Assembly: GCA_010356995.1 (NCBI GenBank)
Contig: ML996700.1
Coordinates: forward strand, 434,001 to 498,000
DNA length: 64,000 bases
Reading direction: 5' to 3'
Origin: Trichodelitschia bisporula
Lineage: Eukaryota
The notes beneath the pieces were generated by a model. That model saw only the letters and a program-made list of their open reading frames with translations. It was not told the DNA's origin and ran no database searches. Shown one piece after another: positions 26,501 through 41,010 of this stretch; positions within the stretch are counted from its first letter, which is position 1; each line of letters opens with the position of its first letter. A program made the translations under genes and the position numbers.

Positions 26501-29500
26501 GAGGTCACAAAAGCGCTTGACAGATATCAACGGCAACCCGGAGTATTGAAGCATCTGGCGGTTGAGCGCGTGGACATTTTTGAGCAGATCAACTGCACGC
26601 TTCGAGTGTGAGACATTTACTCGCAATGGTAGGGAGGTCATGCAAGGGCCTAAGATTTCTTCGACTTGAGGCACAGGAATGGTCCTGCCAGATATAACTG
26701 TGCCGATAGTAACGTCTGAGCTTTCCAGGTATTGGCCAAGGATACAGAGAAGAGCCGCTTGGAAAAAAGACTGAGGGCTGACCTGGAGCTTCCGCGCGCA
26801 TGTGCGGAGCTTGCACAGAGGGGTGGTGATGCCAAAGATGGTGCGCTGAAATCCTGGGCTGCTTGGAATATAGCCATTGAAATTCGGTAAGGGTACCGGG
26901 TTGAAGTTGAGCAACTGACTTTGCCAATAAGTTGAGGCTTCTGAGTACTCTATCGTACGATAATGGTCCGCAACGACTTTGAAGAGCGGTCGTTGAGGTA
27001 CCGGTTGACGACGAATCAGGCAATTGAGGTCTTTAACCAGCAGATCTATCGTCCATCCGTCGTATAGCGCATGGTGAAGGTGAACTAAAATGCGAGGAGC
27101 AGGTGCTTGGTTGCAGATTTGGAAATGGATAGGACGAAGCAGAGAGTCGTAAGTGTCGAGACTGAAGTCGCGGCTGAATGTTACAACGTCAACAACCTGG
27201 TGTGGTTCCAGGTCTTTCCAGATTATTTGCGCGAATGGCGTGAGGGGGGATTCCAACGGGTAGAAACCAGAGCGCAGGATGGAATTATGTGCGGACAATT
27301 GTTGCAGATATACGCGGATGTCGGACGGATCAACACCAGCTGGCAGTTCGAATTCGATGGAGTTGGAGTATGCTAGGGGATTTTTGGCAGTTTCGGCCAG
27401 CATAGAAACCTGCAGTTGAGTCGGTGTGACAGTGGCCTCGACGTCTGCGCTTAACCGAGAGAAGTTCGGGTCAGCATGCAAAAGTCGCCACAACTCCAAA
27501 TCGATATCTTCAGCAGCGGATCTGTGCGGGTTCTGTTTTTGAGGCTCTTCATCACCATGGGCGTAGAGAGCTGACACTGAAGCAGCCTGTAGGAGGTCTA
27601 GAGGAGTGAAGTGAAACCCCCGCAGACGCAGCTGATTGGCTGCAGGGATGGCAAGAAGCGAATCCAGCGCCGAGAGGCTTGCATCTGGCGATATGGATCG
27701 GCCAGTGACTTCTTCCAAAATGTCGCAAACCTCCTGGACCTTTGGATTTCTGCTTTGGGCGCTAGATGTGCCGCCTAATTGACTGCTGGTGTATTTCTCC
27801 TCCAGAGCCCGTTTGTCCACCTTTCCTGATGCTAAATGGGGAAAGGACGGAAGCAAAACGAAATCTCCAGGAATCATAAATGCAGGAAGCCACTGGCTGC
27901 AGGCGGTCTTAATGGTCTCGGGAGTGACGTCGTCCCGGTCGACTAAACAAAACGCCACCAGAGCATTATCAATGACGCTCACAGCAGCAGCGATGCACCC
28001 GTCTGCTCGAGTCACAGCATGTTCGATCTCGCCGAGCTCCAATCTCTGACCTCTGAGTTTGACCTGGCCGGACGTCATGCGGCCCAGACACTCGATGGAG
28101 AGATCAGGCAACATACGCGCCTTGTCTCCAGTGCGATAGAGGCGACCATAGGACGAGGACTCAATGAAGGTGGCGGATGTCTGTTCTAGCCGATTCAGAT
28201 AGCCAGATGCCAGTTGATGGCCGCCCAAAACAAGTTCGCCAACGTGACCAAGAGGGAGGATCTTGACGTCGTTTCCATCCGGACCGGCCGGTTCAGCAAC
28301 GAAGGCCGACACCGTTCCAAGAGGATGTCCGATCATGCCGACTTTCGACCGCGAGGAAAAGGCAGGCTGAAGAGTACAGTGAATCGCACATTCAGTCGGG
28401 CCATACATGCCCCAGAGAATACTCTCGCTTGGATTCTCATGACCGAATTCTTCAACAACTGCGGGGGTAAGCATTTCGCCGATTGTCAACAACAGTTTCA
28501 GCTCGGGTGCATTGCGCCTGCTTTGAAGTAGCGTTCCGGCTACTGTAGGCGTCAATTCAGCAGCATCAATTCCAAGGCTCCTCATCACTCCAGGAAGATC
28601 GCTCAGAAGCCTAGTGCGGTCGCAGCCCACCAGCGTCGAGCCCCTAAAAAGTGTGAAGAAGATTTCGAACTGCGAGACATCAAATGTGGGGGAAGCAAAC
28701 TGCAGAAACCGAGAGAATTGCGGAACATGAAGGTCATGAGCGAGGAGGCTCTGCGTCACAGACAAATGAGGGACCGGTACTCCTTTAGGCTGGCCTGTTG
28801 AACCACTCGTGTACATGACATAGGCCGTGTCTGCCGGCGTAACCGGGAAGAGTTCGACGCCTGATTTGAGAAGCTCGCCATCGATATAGTCTCCGACGGT
28901 CAAAATTTGGGTCTCCTTCAAGAGCGACAGTCTGTCCCGGAGCTGTGGAGTGGTCACCACTACCATTGCTCCCACGTCCTCAACGATGAAGCGAATGCGT
29001 TCAGGGGGAGCATCGAGGTTCAGGGGGCAAAAGGCGCAGCCTGTCCGTAGAATGGCCACCAAAGTAACGTACAGCTCGGCAGATTGTGGGATGATGAGAG
29101 GAATGATGGGTTGTGTTGCAAACGTCGAACCTTTGAGAGAATTGCATATATGGCTGGCCAGGTCGATACTGCGCCGATCAAGCTCAGCAAAGGAGAGGAT
29201 GGTTTGAGAGCCATCGCCATTCAGGAAGTCGATTGCACAGCTGGCCTCTGGAAAATGCTTGGACGCAAGCTGGTGAAGCAGCTGGGGACCTGAGAGTCTT
29301 ACGGGTGCTGGGTTCGAAATGGAAAGGGACACCCCGGGTGCTACTTGGGGCGCACCAGTGGGATTATCCGTCGCAAACCACGCAAGAGCATGCTGCAACT
29401 GCAAAGCGAGCTGCTCAAGATGCGCAGAGGGGACGCTGCCGAAGGATCGAAGCTGGCCGAGGGACTTTTCACGATCGATGACCAGGCTCAGGGAGAGCTG

Positions 29501-29837
29501 CCGGATGGAAGCCTGTAATGCTACTTAGACGGAATATTCGGTCTGAAGTCAAGCTTACTGAAGAGAAGAAGACGCCGGTGTGGTTTGACGATGCCGACAC
29601 TCTAGGGGCTTCGATGTGCTCCACTTCTCGACGAACGAAGTCAACGCGAACGAAGTCGAGATCAGACTGAAAGATAAGGTCCTGGGAGTGGCCCGCATAG
29701 GCAGCCAGGATAGATGCCCAGGCGAAAAAGAAGGTTCGGTCCGAGCCCGAGAGGCCAGGGATTTCCCGTAACACCACATTTCGGTCCTCACTATACTGAT
29801 GGAGTATCGGGAACTTGACCGCTTCATATTCGGCCAT
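14376..29837 (-). CDS. NPS2: Ferrichrome-type siderophore synthetase NRPS (NPS2/SidC family), about 5,058 aa, A-T-C-A-T-C-T-C-A-T-C-T-C-T-C
   Basis: Three A domains (YTSGSTGQPKG, FTSGSTGVPKG, YTSGTTGTPKG), six T domains (LDSL, LGLDSL, LGIDSL, LGMDSI, LGLNSI, LGLDSI) and six C domains (xHALYD). Introns 29513-29558, 23134-23182, 23020-23062, 21344-21398, 19217-19260 and 14544-14591 join the ORFs in frame. Near sidA. Confidence 0.93.
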
Positions 29838-30463
29838 CTCCAGAGGTAAGGGTAGTGGGAGACCATGCAAGTTCAAGGTGGACGTTCGGGGATGACAGGT
29901 AGAGTAGGATATGCCATAGGAGGGGGTTGGGCAGCAGCGCTACCCTCGTCTGTTTGCACCATCTCACACCCTGTGTGACACATGCCGTGACTAAGAAAAG
30001 CAGAAGGCTTGATTCCTAGCACGTAGTGGAAGGCGCAATTGGTGCAAATTGCCGCATATAAACATAGGAGATGGCGATAGACAATGTGTGTTTCATACGG
30101 TGTTTGTACCTTCAGACGTCATGGATATATCGGAGAAACGCCTCTCCATCCCGGGACAGGTCCGAGCTTTGTGGGACTTATGTCTTTCACCTTGCTGCTC
30201 ATCGCATCCTCTGCATGCAAGCTCCTACATCAAGCACACAGCAAAGCGTTCGCGTCTAGTGTCCGTCAAATCTATAGCCAATGGCTACTTCATCCGCCGA
30301 ACTACACGAGGATGCCGGGAGCCCTGTCGATCTACCTGCTTTCTTACGTCCGACGTCGGGCGCCTTTCGCTTGCTTCCGATTTTTTTTCTCATCATCTGG
30401 CGAGACCCGTAACCCCCGCTCGCCCTCTTGATGCACTTGGCAGCGGGGCAGGTCATCTGTTTC

Positions 30464-30533
30464 ATCTGATAATGCAAGTTTGGGCCGCTAGCCGGGCAAA
30501 GGGCGCTTGTGGCGGGTTCAACGGATCTGATAA
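30464..30533. promoter_or_regulatory. Two exact SreA/Sre1-type iron-responsive GATA boxes (ATCTGATAA at 30464-30472 and 30525-30533) upstream of the NRPS
   Basis: Both match the ATCWGATAA consensus of fungal iron-repressor GATA factors and lie about 630-700 bp upstream of the NRPS ATG. Confidence 0.75.
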
Positions 30534-31129
30534 CCTTTACCCAACGTCCAGTCTTTGCAGTGGCCAAACAGACATCCTTGGCTGGTCTCGCAGTTCTCTG
30601 CCTATTTTTTCTCGAAAAGTCCCTAATCACGGCTTACTGGCACTTCTATTGACAATTCGAACTTAGATGGTCGTTGAGCTCCAACTACGCCCAACATGCC
30701 GCAATGTCTGGCTGAAGACGCGCAAAAAGAGCGAGCTCCTAAGCATTTCCAGGCGCCGCAACGCAATGTACTCCCTCGGCGAGCCAATTCCATATCAATT
30801 TTGAATGCCTTCTCCGGCCCGCCCCCTGCCGCCATCAGTCCACTGTGCCGGCGTACCCCTGGCCTGATGCGTTAGCACCCAACCCTTCGCATGGTAGCGG
30901 AGCCGGGAGATGCAGTCAGGAGCCGTGATACTGCGTACATCCCTCCTTCGGCAAGAGTTCCTTACCACTAATCTCGGACAGTGAGTGCAGCTGCTTCAAG
31001 CACACAAGAAGCACTCTTTGACCGAATGCTAAGCCATTGATCCTTGACATTGAATTAACACACCTCGCTAATTACTTGATGCTAGTGCACCTATTCTAAC
31101 GCGTGCCATTACATAACCGAACCAACCGC

Positions 31130-33177
31130 CTACTTAGCAGCGAAGCGACTAGCAGCCCTCAGCCTCGCGCCGAAGACGTACAGTGCATAGACACCAAACA
31201 CGCACCCCGCAGTCAGGCCACCCAGCAGACTGCAGCCACGACCTACACCCAAGTTATTGTACAATGGGCGTGCAAAGTGTACGGCCGCGCATCCTAACGT
31301 CGACCGGCACAAGTCGTTGCCGGCGAAGAGAGAGGCAGCGTATTGTGGATACGTGAGCGGCAGGTAGACGAAAATGCACTGGAGCACGACGAAGATCCCT
31401 CCCGTGAATACCACGATGCCCAGCATTGAGACGAGATAATGGATATCCGGCCTAGACGCCCAACCTAATCACGTCAGTTTAGCCTTCGCAATGTGACAGG
31501 CAACTAACCGAAAATGAACAACCCGGCCGGGCAAAGCAGCGATGCGAACAGTGCCGGAACCAGGCGCTTCTCTGGTGCGCCAAGGCCATTCTTCATGATA
31601 TCCGGCTCCATGACAAACCGGACGTACGACCAGTACGACACGATGGAAAGGAAGACGCCGACAGTGATGGAGAGGAATGCCAAGCCAGCCTCACCGAGAT
31701 TAAAGTGGTACATCTCATTGTACACCAGGGGAAACGCTTCGAAGAAGGAGTAGTAGATGCCATAGATGAGGGACGTGTACAAGGCAGTGAAGCCGACGGC
31801 CGGGTCGAGGACCATCATCTGGTTTGGGCGCAAGAGGTTCTCCTTGACGAGCTGAGAGACGCTCATATTAGCCTCATCAATCTCGCTCTGGCTTTTGAGC
31901 CGATTGTCACCGGAGATCTTGCGTAGGCGCTGGGCACGACGCAGCAGGATCGTCGACGACGACGTCTCGGGCAGACAGAGGAAGAGCAGAACCCAGATCG
32001 GCCCGGCGAGCCACAGGAGCTCCCACATGGACCAGCGCCACCCCTCGACCGTGACGCTGAAGCCGGAGATGAGAGGCCCGAGTGACGGACCACATGTGGC
32101 GGCAAGAGCCCACAGACTCAGCACGTACGGCAACTTGATCAGTGAGAACATGTCCTGTAGACTGGCTCCGCCTGTAGCCAGGCATGGCGACCCGAAGAAG
32201 CCCTGCAGAAAACGGAGCACAATCAGTCCGGCGAAATTATCCACCACGGCAGACGGGATGACGAGGATCCAGAAGATGAAGAAGGTGATGATGTAAGGAG
32301 GATTGCGGCCGATGGACGGAATCTCGCTGAGCGGCGACCAGAGCATGGGTCCGATCCCGTATGCGAGCACATACATCGACAGACCCATAGATGCGAGCTG
32401 CGCATTGACGCCAAATTCTTTCATGATGCCGAGTTCACCCGGAGCATAGATGGATGAGCCCATGTATACTGCCATGGTGTAGGAGCTAAAATCACTGCGT
32501 CAGCCAAGTCATCGTACTACAATTAGATGCACCACATACCAGATCTGGAACGTCACAAAAAGCTTCTTCCCCAGACTCCAGTTCTGCGGATTGGCAGGGT
32601 CATCGGTCGTGTACCAATCCACCAAGATCGTCCCGTCATCCAGTGTGGCCGGCACAATCGGACGGCTCGGCCCGGCGGCCAAGGTCGCGTGGGTGAATGC
32701 AGCCTCAAGATCGGACCGTGTGCGCGACTGCTGCAAGCCTGCGCGGGTACCGACACGCTCCACTCCCGCCGTTGTCCGTGCCGTCTTGATAGTCTCGAGA
32801 TGGGCACCATGCGTCTCCTCCCTATGCGTTGCAATCTTTTCCAGAACGGCCCTCGCCTCTCCTTCGCCGTCATCAGACGATTCCTCTGGTTCACGGGCCT
32901 CTTTTGTGTTCAGCTTTTTAACAGGCTCTTCTTCCACGGGTTCTTCAGGCTCTTCGCGTTCCTTTTCCTCGGGAATGGGCGGCTCGGTCGGGTTGGGGAG
33001 CGGCTCGAGAATGATTTGCGCCCGCAATGCATCTAGCGCAGCTTGGATGTTTTCAGGCTTCTTGTAGACCTCTGGGCACTCCCAGTCGGGACGTTCTTCT
33101 GGATACTTGAGGAGGCGGCCCCGGGATCCCCATCGGATGATGGCCCCGAGTGGGGAGTCGCGGAACAGGTCAGACAT
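31130..33177 (-). CDS. MFS drug:H+ antiporter, DHA1 family (Flr1/Caf5/Mdr1-like)
   Basis: MSDLFRDSPLG..LKYPEE start, VDWYTTDDPANPQNWS, SPLSE..IGRNPPY, LRFLQGFFGSPCLATGGA, YSFFEAFP, YAASLFAGND. Introns 32486-32539 and 31465-31508. Confidence 0.9.
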
Positions 33178-33412
33178 GGCGAACCGTGGGGCTGTGAACA
33201 CTGCGGGCCTGAGCTGTGAATGTGGGGAGAACTGGTCTTGGAACACTGCTGACAGCGTACCTCACGCATATATATTCCTCGCAGGCACCGCTGCCTTGAC
33301 ACGCGTCGGGGAGTTAAGACGGCCATTGTTATTCGGACCTTGTGCTCTGTAGCTTCACTCAACAAGGGCCGTAAGCAGGACGCGAGTGGCTGCTTTGCAA
33401 TCACCTAGTCTA

Positions 33413-33588
33413 TGACTAAACTTCCACACGGACGCGCATTGAGGGGAACTCCCAGTCACAGAGGGGTCGATTTGCGACATGCAGAACCAGGTATGGATAA
33501 CATGCGAATCGCGAACGCGCTGAAACTGCACGTCCGGCGGGAGAGGCTGAGTAATCTGGAATGTCATTGGTCGTCGGAGGCTGAGTAA
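33413..33588. promoter_or_regulatory. Putative Yap1/AP-1 response elements upstream of the DHA1 gene (TGACTAA 33413; TGAGTAA 33548 and 33582)
   Basis: Three YRE-type heptamers within 180 bp, about 240-410 bp upstream of the ATG. TATA-like AATATATA on the minus strand near 33270. Confidence 0.4.
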
Positions 33589-34983
33589 TTGCAGCTTGGG
33601 TGATGACCTCATGTACCCAACTTAGATCCTTACCTCCGCTGTTTGGGGGTTAAGCTTGGCTACGCATTTCGAATTCATAGAAAATGTGCTTGCGCTGGAA
33701 CGGAGACCGGAAATATGAGAGACAGAAGCCGGCAGGTTGTGAGCGTCGAGCCTGGAGTTAAAGGTCTTCGGAGAGCCAGAAGTGCACTAGTACCGGACCG
33801 ATGCGGAGATAAAATGCGGGCCGACGAGTCTTTCGGAGAGATATTGTAGACCCTGCGTTGATACCCGGCATGAGCGTTTCGGAGGTCTTGAATGGCTGGA
33901 CAAACGATGAGAGCTCGAGCAGCTCCGGCGGAAACAGGCGCGCACTGCGGAGAGCCATGTAGGGCGGAAGATGGAACATACATCCTCGTAGATGGCTTCT
34001 CGCGCTGATTGGCACCATCGCAAGGCTACACAAATGAGGTCGAAAGAGAAGCACTTGGTTGCGGTCGGCGCCTCAACGGGCGCCTCCCGTGATGACTGAT
34101 ATGTGCCCCTCGGGCTTGATATTCGACCTTATCGTAGGGGGCAGAGATTCCCCTTCGCCAAGTTGTGGAGACCGCGTGGTGACTTGCTGTGTCTTGGTGT
34201 ATACTTCCCGGATTTAGTCATTGGCCGATTTCTTTAAAGATGCCACAATTTTCCACAGCACTTCATGATGCTTACTACTGCTCAGTCCGCCTTAGAATGG
34301 GTTGGACTCGAAAGTACCATGGTATTTTGCGCCCGTGTAGTTGCTCCGAGGGAGCAGGGGGAGGATGGTTGTGTTGGCTTCGTATTTCGTCGCCACAGAT
34401 CGGCCGTTCGTGGTCTCGACCGGAGTCACTATTGGACACAGGACCTGGGTCACCCAATATCTGGAATTTAAGAACTGGAATTGCATGATGAGTCCGACCA
34501 GCAAGCTCTCACGTGTTTCCGCCATCCAGTTCACCATTAGACTCATCACTTCTACCGAGATTGGTCGCGTCAAAGGCATGGGGTTGTCGGTATGTTTCCT
34601 AATTCCGAGCTAACCTCCGCTAACTGTCAACGCTTTAAGGCCCTCCACTCGCGCCGGACTGCCCCAGTAATCACTGACAGATAACGACCAGAAACACTTC
34701 CGTACGTCCATGTCAATCTGAGCCCAAGGAAGGAATTCCCGAGTATCCGGAGCAACTCTGTGCCCGGGCCGCATCCCCAGTTCGCGTGTCGGGCTGGGTT
34801 CATGGCCCTGTCTCGCGTATTCGGAGTCGTCAAACGCCAGCCGAACTCGCGCACGACCAGCGGAAATTCACGAATTGGTCGGACAAGGGCGAATGCGCGC
34901 CTTTCGGCGTTGCCCGCTCAACTTCCCTGCCCCTTGGAAGGTCTAGGGTGGTGAAAATCCGTCGACAAATTTTCACTACCCCT

Positions 34984-35022
34984 GATTAGATCAATCTTAT
35001 CGCCTATCAGATGATCAGATTG
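34984..35022. promoter_or_regulatory. GATA-rich cluster upstream of sidA (TTATC 34997; CTATCAGAT = reverse ATCTGATAG at 35004-35012; ATCAGAT 35014)
   Basis: Clustered near-consensus SreA boxes about 730 bp upstream of sidA. An additional CAGATAA at 34678. Confidence 0.6.
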
Positions 35023-35419
35023 TCTAATCTGCGGGGACGTGCTGCTTGGCCGGCTGCTTGGCGTACGTCTCCGGTCGCGGAGGGGTTGCAGTGTCGCGAT
35101 GTCTCCGCGCCTCTCTCACCACTCACTACCCGCGTTCCCTTTCCGCCAACATGCCATATGCGACGCCAAAGACTCGGTTTGACTGGATTCTCACCGCCTA
35201 CGCGTCTTGTCGCATTCAGGCCAAACCGCACCGGTCAAAGATGCCTGCCGTAGGCCGTACCCGTACCAGCATCGGATCGACTCGGTTGTACTGCTAGACC
35301 TAGCTGTCCTGGCCTGCCCGATGGCGCCACCTGATGGTTGACGGGTCCATCATGGCCGGCCCATGGAGCGATGGAGGAGCATGGATGCACGTACTTTTTT
35401 TGTCTAAGGAGACCGCTGA

Positions 35420-37398
<1,979 letters not shown>

Positions 37399-37703
37399 GT
37401 TTTGGGCATGATCATGGTGTTTGGGTAATAAGGCTCTTGGTTTGTTACCTTTGGCTCTCCGCTTTGCCTTTTGTGCTCGTGGCGGGGGTTTGCTATGAGG
37501 TTTCGGAGATAAGTGAGTGGGCGAACGGGTCATGATTTTGCTACTTTACGTTGGGCGGACAAAATAAGATCATAGCTGAGATCCCATGAATGCATTCATC
37601 CGAAAGCCATGTCGTGTCGCTCGTAACTATGCCAGAAGACACAATTCCTCCCAACAATGAAAGAAGAGTAGAGCTCTCATCTGCGGAAATCATCATTGCA
37701 ACC

Positions 37704-39006
37704 TCAGAGCTTCAGCCCCTCCTTCCCCTTGCCCTCCTCCTCCTCATCATCATCCCCACTCTCACTCACCGAATCCTCTGGGCTCTCCACCCCCGTCATC
37801 TTCGGACTCTTCATAACCCTCATACCCTCAGGACTACCCACCTCACTCTCATCACTCCCACCCTCCTCGCCAGGCGTCTCAACCTTAACCAGTGGACTCC
37901 CCTTCGCCTCGCTCTTCCTAGGCAGCAGCGGGTTCTCCGGCCCGATCTCCTCGCCCCCCAACGTGATAGAACTACCCCTGTGCTCGGCGTCCAGAATATG
38001 TCCAGAGTCCGGGCCGGTCTTGTCGAGGAGATCCCGGTAGGCGTGCCGGGCGGGATCGTTAAGCCGCTTCCGCTTCCCGCGCGCACGCTGCATGTTCGGC
38101 CGCACGACGATGACGGGGACGGGACTGTTCTGCAGGCAGAATTTGGAAATGGACCCGGGGAGCAGGCCCTGGAAGCCGCCGAGGGAGCGGCCGCGTGTGC
38201 CCACGATCAGGATGGCGGGTTCGTAGAACTCGATCTACGGGATCAGTTGGGGGTGAGACGAGGCACAGAGGACGTACCATGCGCTTTATGACTTTCTCCA
38301 CTTTGCCCACCGCGAATTCGAGAATCAAGTTCACGGCCTTGTGCTCGTGATTCTTCGCCTCCATAGTCTTCATCAGCGCCTCCGCCTGCTCGCGGTACAC
38401 GCCCTCGTTCGAGGCCTGCGTCGCAGCCTGCGGATCCAGCACACGTAGGCAAACAACCTCGTCCCCATCATCCACCAGCTCGTCCACCAGCCACTCAAGC
38501 GCATATTCGGAGTAATCATTCGCATCGAGCCCGCAGAGGAACGTCCGACTCCGCTTCGAGTACTCATAATCCTTATGTTTCTGATTCAGCGTAAACGCGG
38601 GAATGTCGCCCTCCGTCGCCGCCTTGTCAAACGTATCGAAGCTCACTCTCGGCCTAAAAACCCTATACCCAGTTAGCATTATCCCCGTAACCCCCAAACC
38701 CGGGCCTACTTACGGCGGCGGCGGCGGACTACTCATCCTCCGCCGGATGCTCGGCGCCTTGCCCGCTGCGTCCAGTTCAATCTTCTCCCGGTGCGGCAGA
38801 AACTGTACGCTGGGCCGCCGGTCATCGAGCGATTCGGTGCGGGCGAGCGGCGTAGATGCTTGGCCCAGTAGCGAGGCGACGAGACCGCGTTTCGGCATTC
38901 GGAGGTCGTCGGCTGAAGTGGTGGCACTACCGCCGAGGGGGAGGGAGGAGGCGGAGCCGGTGCTGGAGCTGTGCCGCGTGCGTGAGGGGGATGTGCTGCC
39001 TGGCAT
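37704..39006 (-). CDS. Universal stress protein (USP) domain protein
   Basis: RVSFDTFD..SRTFLCGLDANDYSEYALEWLVDELVDDGDEVVCLRV and IVGTRGRSLGGFQGLLPGSISKFCLQNSPVPVIVVRP. Two introns. Confidence 0.85.
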
Positions 39007-39626
39007 GATTGTGGTGATGGCGGGGGGCCACCAGTTGAGGACCTCGAAGGTGGGGATATATCGCTGCCCAGCGGGAGGTTTTGACGGTCACGATGCGGAT
39101 TCCGGAGACGCGGAGAATGAGGTAAACTCGGTACGACAGAGTAGCGGTTGAAGCTCAGGGTGCAGTGTGGCGGAGTCGAGCTTCTGCGGGGTGGGGGATG
39201 CTTGGGGAGCTTGGCTTGCTTGGTGGTGCGATGTCGGTGGTGGGGGGATTTGTAGTGAATAGCCTGCGGTTTAGCGATTGCTCCTCGCTGTTTGTTTGTT
39301 TGCGCGTCTGTTTGACGAAAACGGGTGGTGATAGATGGTGTTAGTGTTTTGGGCTGGAGCCAAAGTCGTCAAGTCACCAGTCCTCTTGAAGGTCTAGACC
39401 CATGACGTTGCATGAGGCCCGCGCTAGCAGAGTCGATAGTCGCTTCCCACGCGAGGTGAGGGGTGAGGCGAGAATGTCCGCTCTCAACATCAATTCGGCA
39501 AGAGACGAAATATCACAGGTAGCCAATAAGGGTCAATGCTATCATCAATATGCATCAATTCTTCCCCACTGCCACAGCCGTGACATCTATGTCTATCCAT
39601 CGTAAGCCATTCCCACACCTACAGCC

Positions 39627-41010
39627 CTACTCCAGCGTCTTGAGCTCGCCCTCCTTGAACTTCCCCGCACTCACGAGCCTCTTCGCCTCAGCCGCAAATA
39701 CACCCTTGATGTCCGCACCCTTCGTCTTGCCATTCAAGCCCGCCGTCAACGCCGCCAATTCCTCGTGATCGATCTTAGCAAGCAAAGCATCGACATCGTT
39801 GAGCGCCGCGTCGATTTGCGCAGCCGACGCATCGCCCTCAGCAAAGTAGTTCGCCTCCTTCGCGGCACCGCGGACAACGCGCTTGTTCTTCTTAGCCGCA
39901 TTCTTAGCCGCCTCCTTGGCCTTCTTCGCGTCAGCCTTGTTAGCCTTCTCGGCAGCCTCCTGCTGGGCCCGACGCTTCTCCTCTTCCTCCTTAGCCTTGG
40001 CCGCCTCCTCAGCCAGGCGCTTCGTCTCGGCTTCCTTCTCGAGACGCTTCTTGTTGCGCTGCGCGTGCTCCTGCTGCTTGAACTTCTTTATCCGCTCGTC
40101 GAGCTCGAGCGCTGTGTCGACGAGCTTGCGCAGACGAGCCGTATCCTCCGTCTTCTTCTTGCGGCGGGCGTTCGCATTCTTGCGCTCGACGTGGCGCTTC
40201 TGGTCGCGGTTCTCATTGTCGTCCGGCACATCTTCGTCCAGGTACTCGAACGTGCGCCACGAGTCGAAGTTATACCAGAAGTCGTAGAAGGCCTCGACAT
40301 CCTCCTTGGTGCTGTTCGCATCGCCCAGCCTCGGCACAGGTTGCTTCTTGGAGAAGCGACCCTCGGCCGCGAACACAGGACCCCACATCTTGTAGAAGTT
40401 GCCCTTCTGCGTAGCCTTCTTCGACGGCGGCTCGACATCGGCGCCCTCATCAACGGAGTCGAACTGCTTGCGCTTGACTGGGTCGAGAAGAACCTCGGCC
40501 GCCTTCTGGATGCACTTGAAGAACGAGTCGTCCTGGTCCTTGCCCGCCGAGACCTTCTTGTCGGGATGATGACGGAGCACCTTCTTGCGGAACGCGAGCT
40601 TGATCTGTTCCTCCGTAGCGCGGTAGCGGTACTTCGAGATGCCGAGCACGGCGTAGTGGTCCTGCTCCTACTCATTGTCAGCAAAGGCTACAGCACCTAG
40701 AAACATTCAGACGCACCTTCCAATCCTTCGCATCGCGCCCCAGCATCATCGGGTCCTCCGCCTCGCTAATCTCTCCATCATCATCCTGCTCCACCTTCTT
40801 CACCGTCTCCGCAGCCGTAATCCGCTCATCCTCCGAGAAAGTACGCTTATACCGCTTGCGGCGCGCATGCGCCAGGAAATGCGGGCCAACAGGCTCGATC
40901 TCGCGCTGCACCGCCGCGCTCACCGGGGTGAAGGCATGAAAGTCATGCGCGGGGGCAGACCAGTCGGCCGCCAAAACCGGAAGCGGGAGCGGAACCTTGA
41001 TAGGATCCAT
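39627..41010 (-). CDS. ZUO1: Zuotin, ribosome-associated J-protein
   Basis: IEPVGPHFLAHARR, DAKDWK|.QDHYAVLG, HHPDKK J-domain, FYDFWYNFDSWRTFEYLDEDVPDD. One intron. Confidence 0.96.

Noticed and set aside
29555..29876. Alternative NRPS starts at 29876 (TTG) or 29866 (ATG)
   Set aside because: 29876 is non-ATG and 29866 is in a different frame. ATG 29837 gives an in-frame splice to exon 2.
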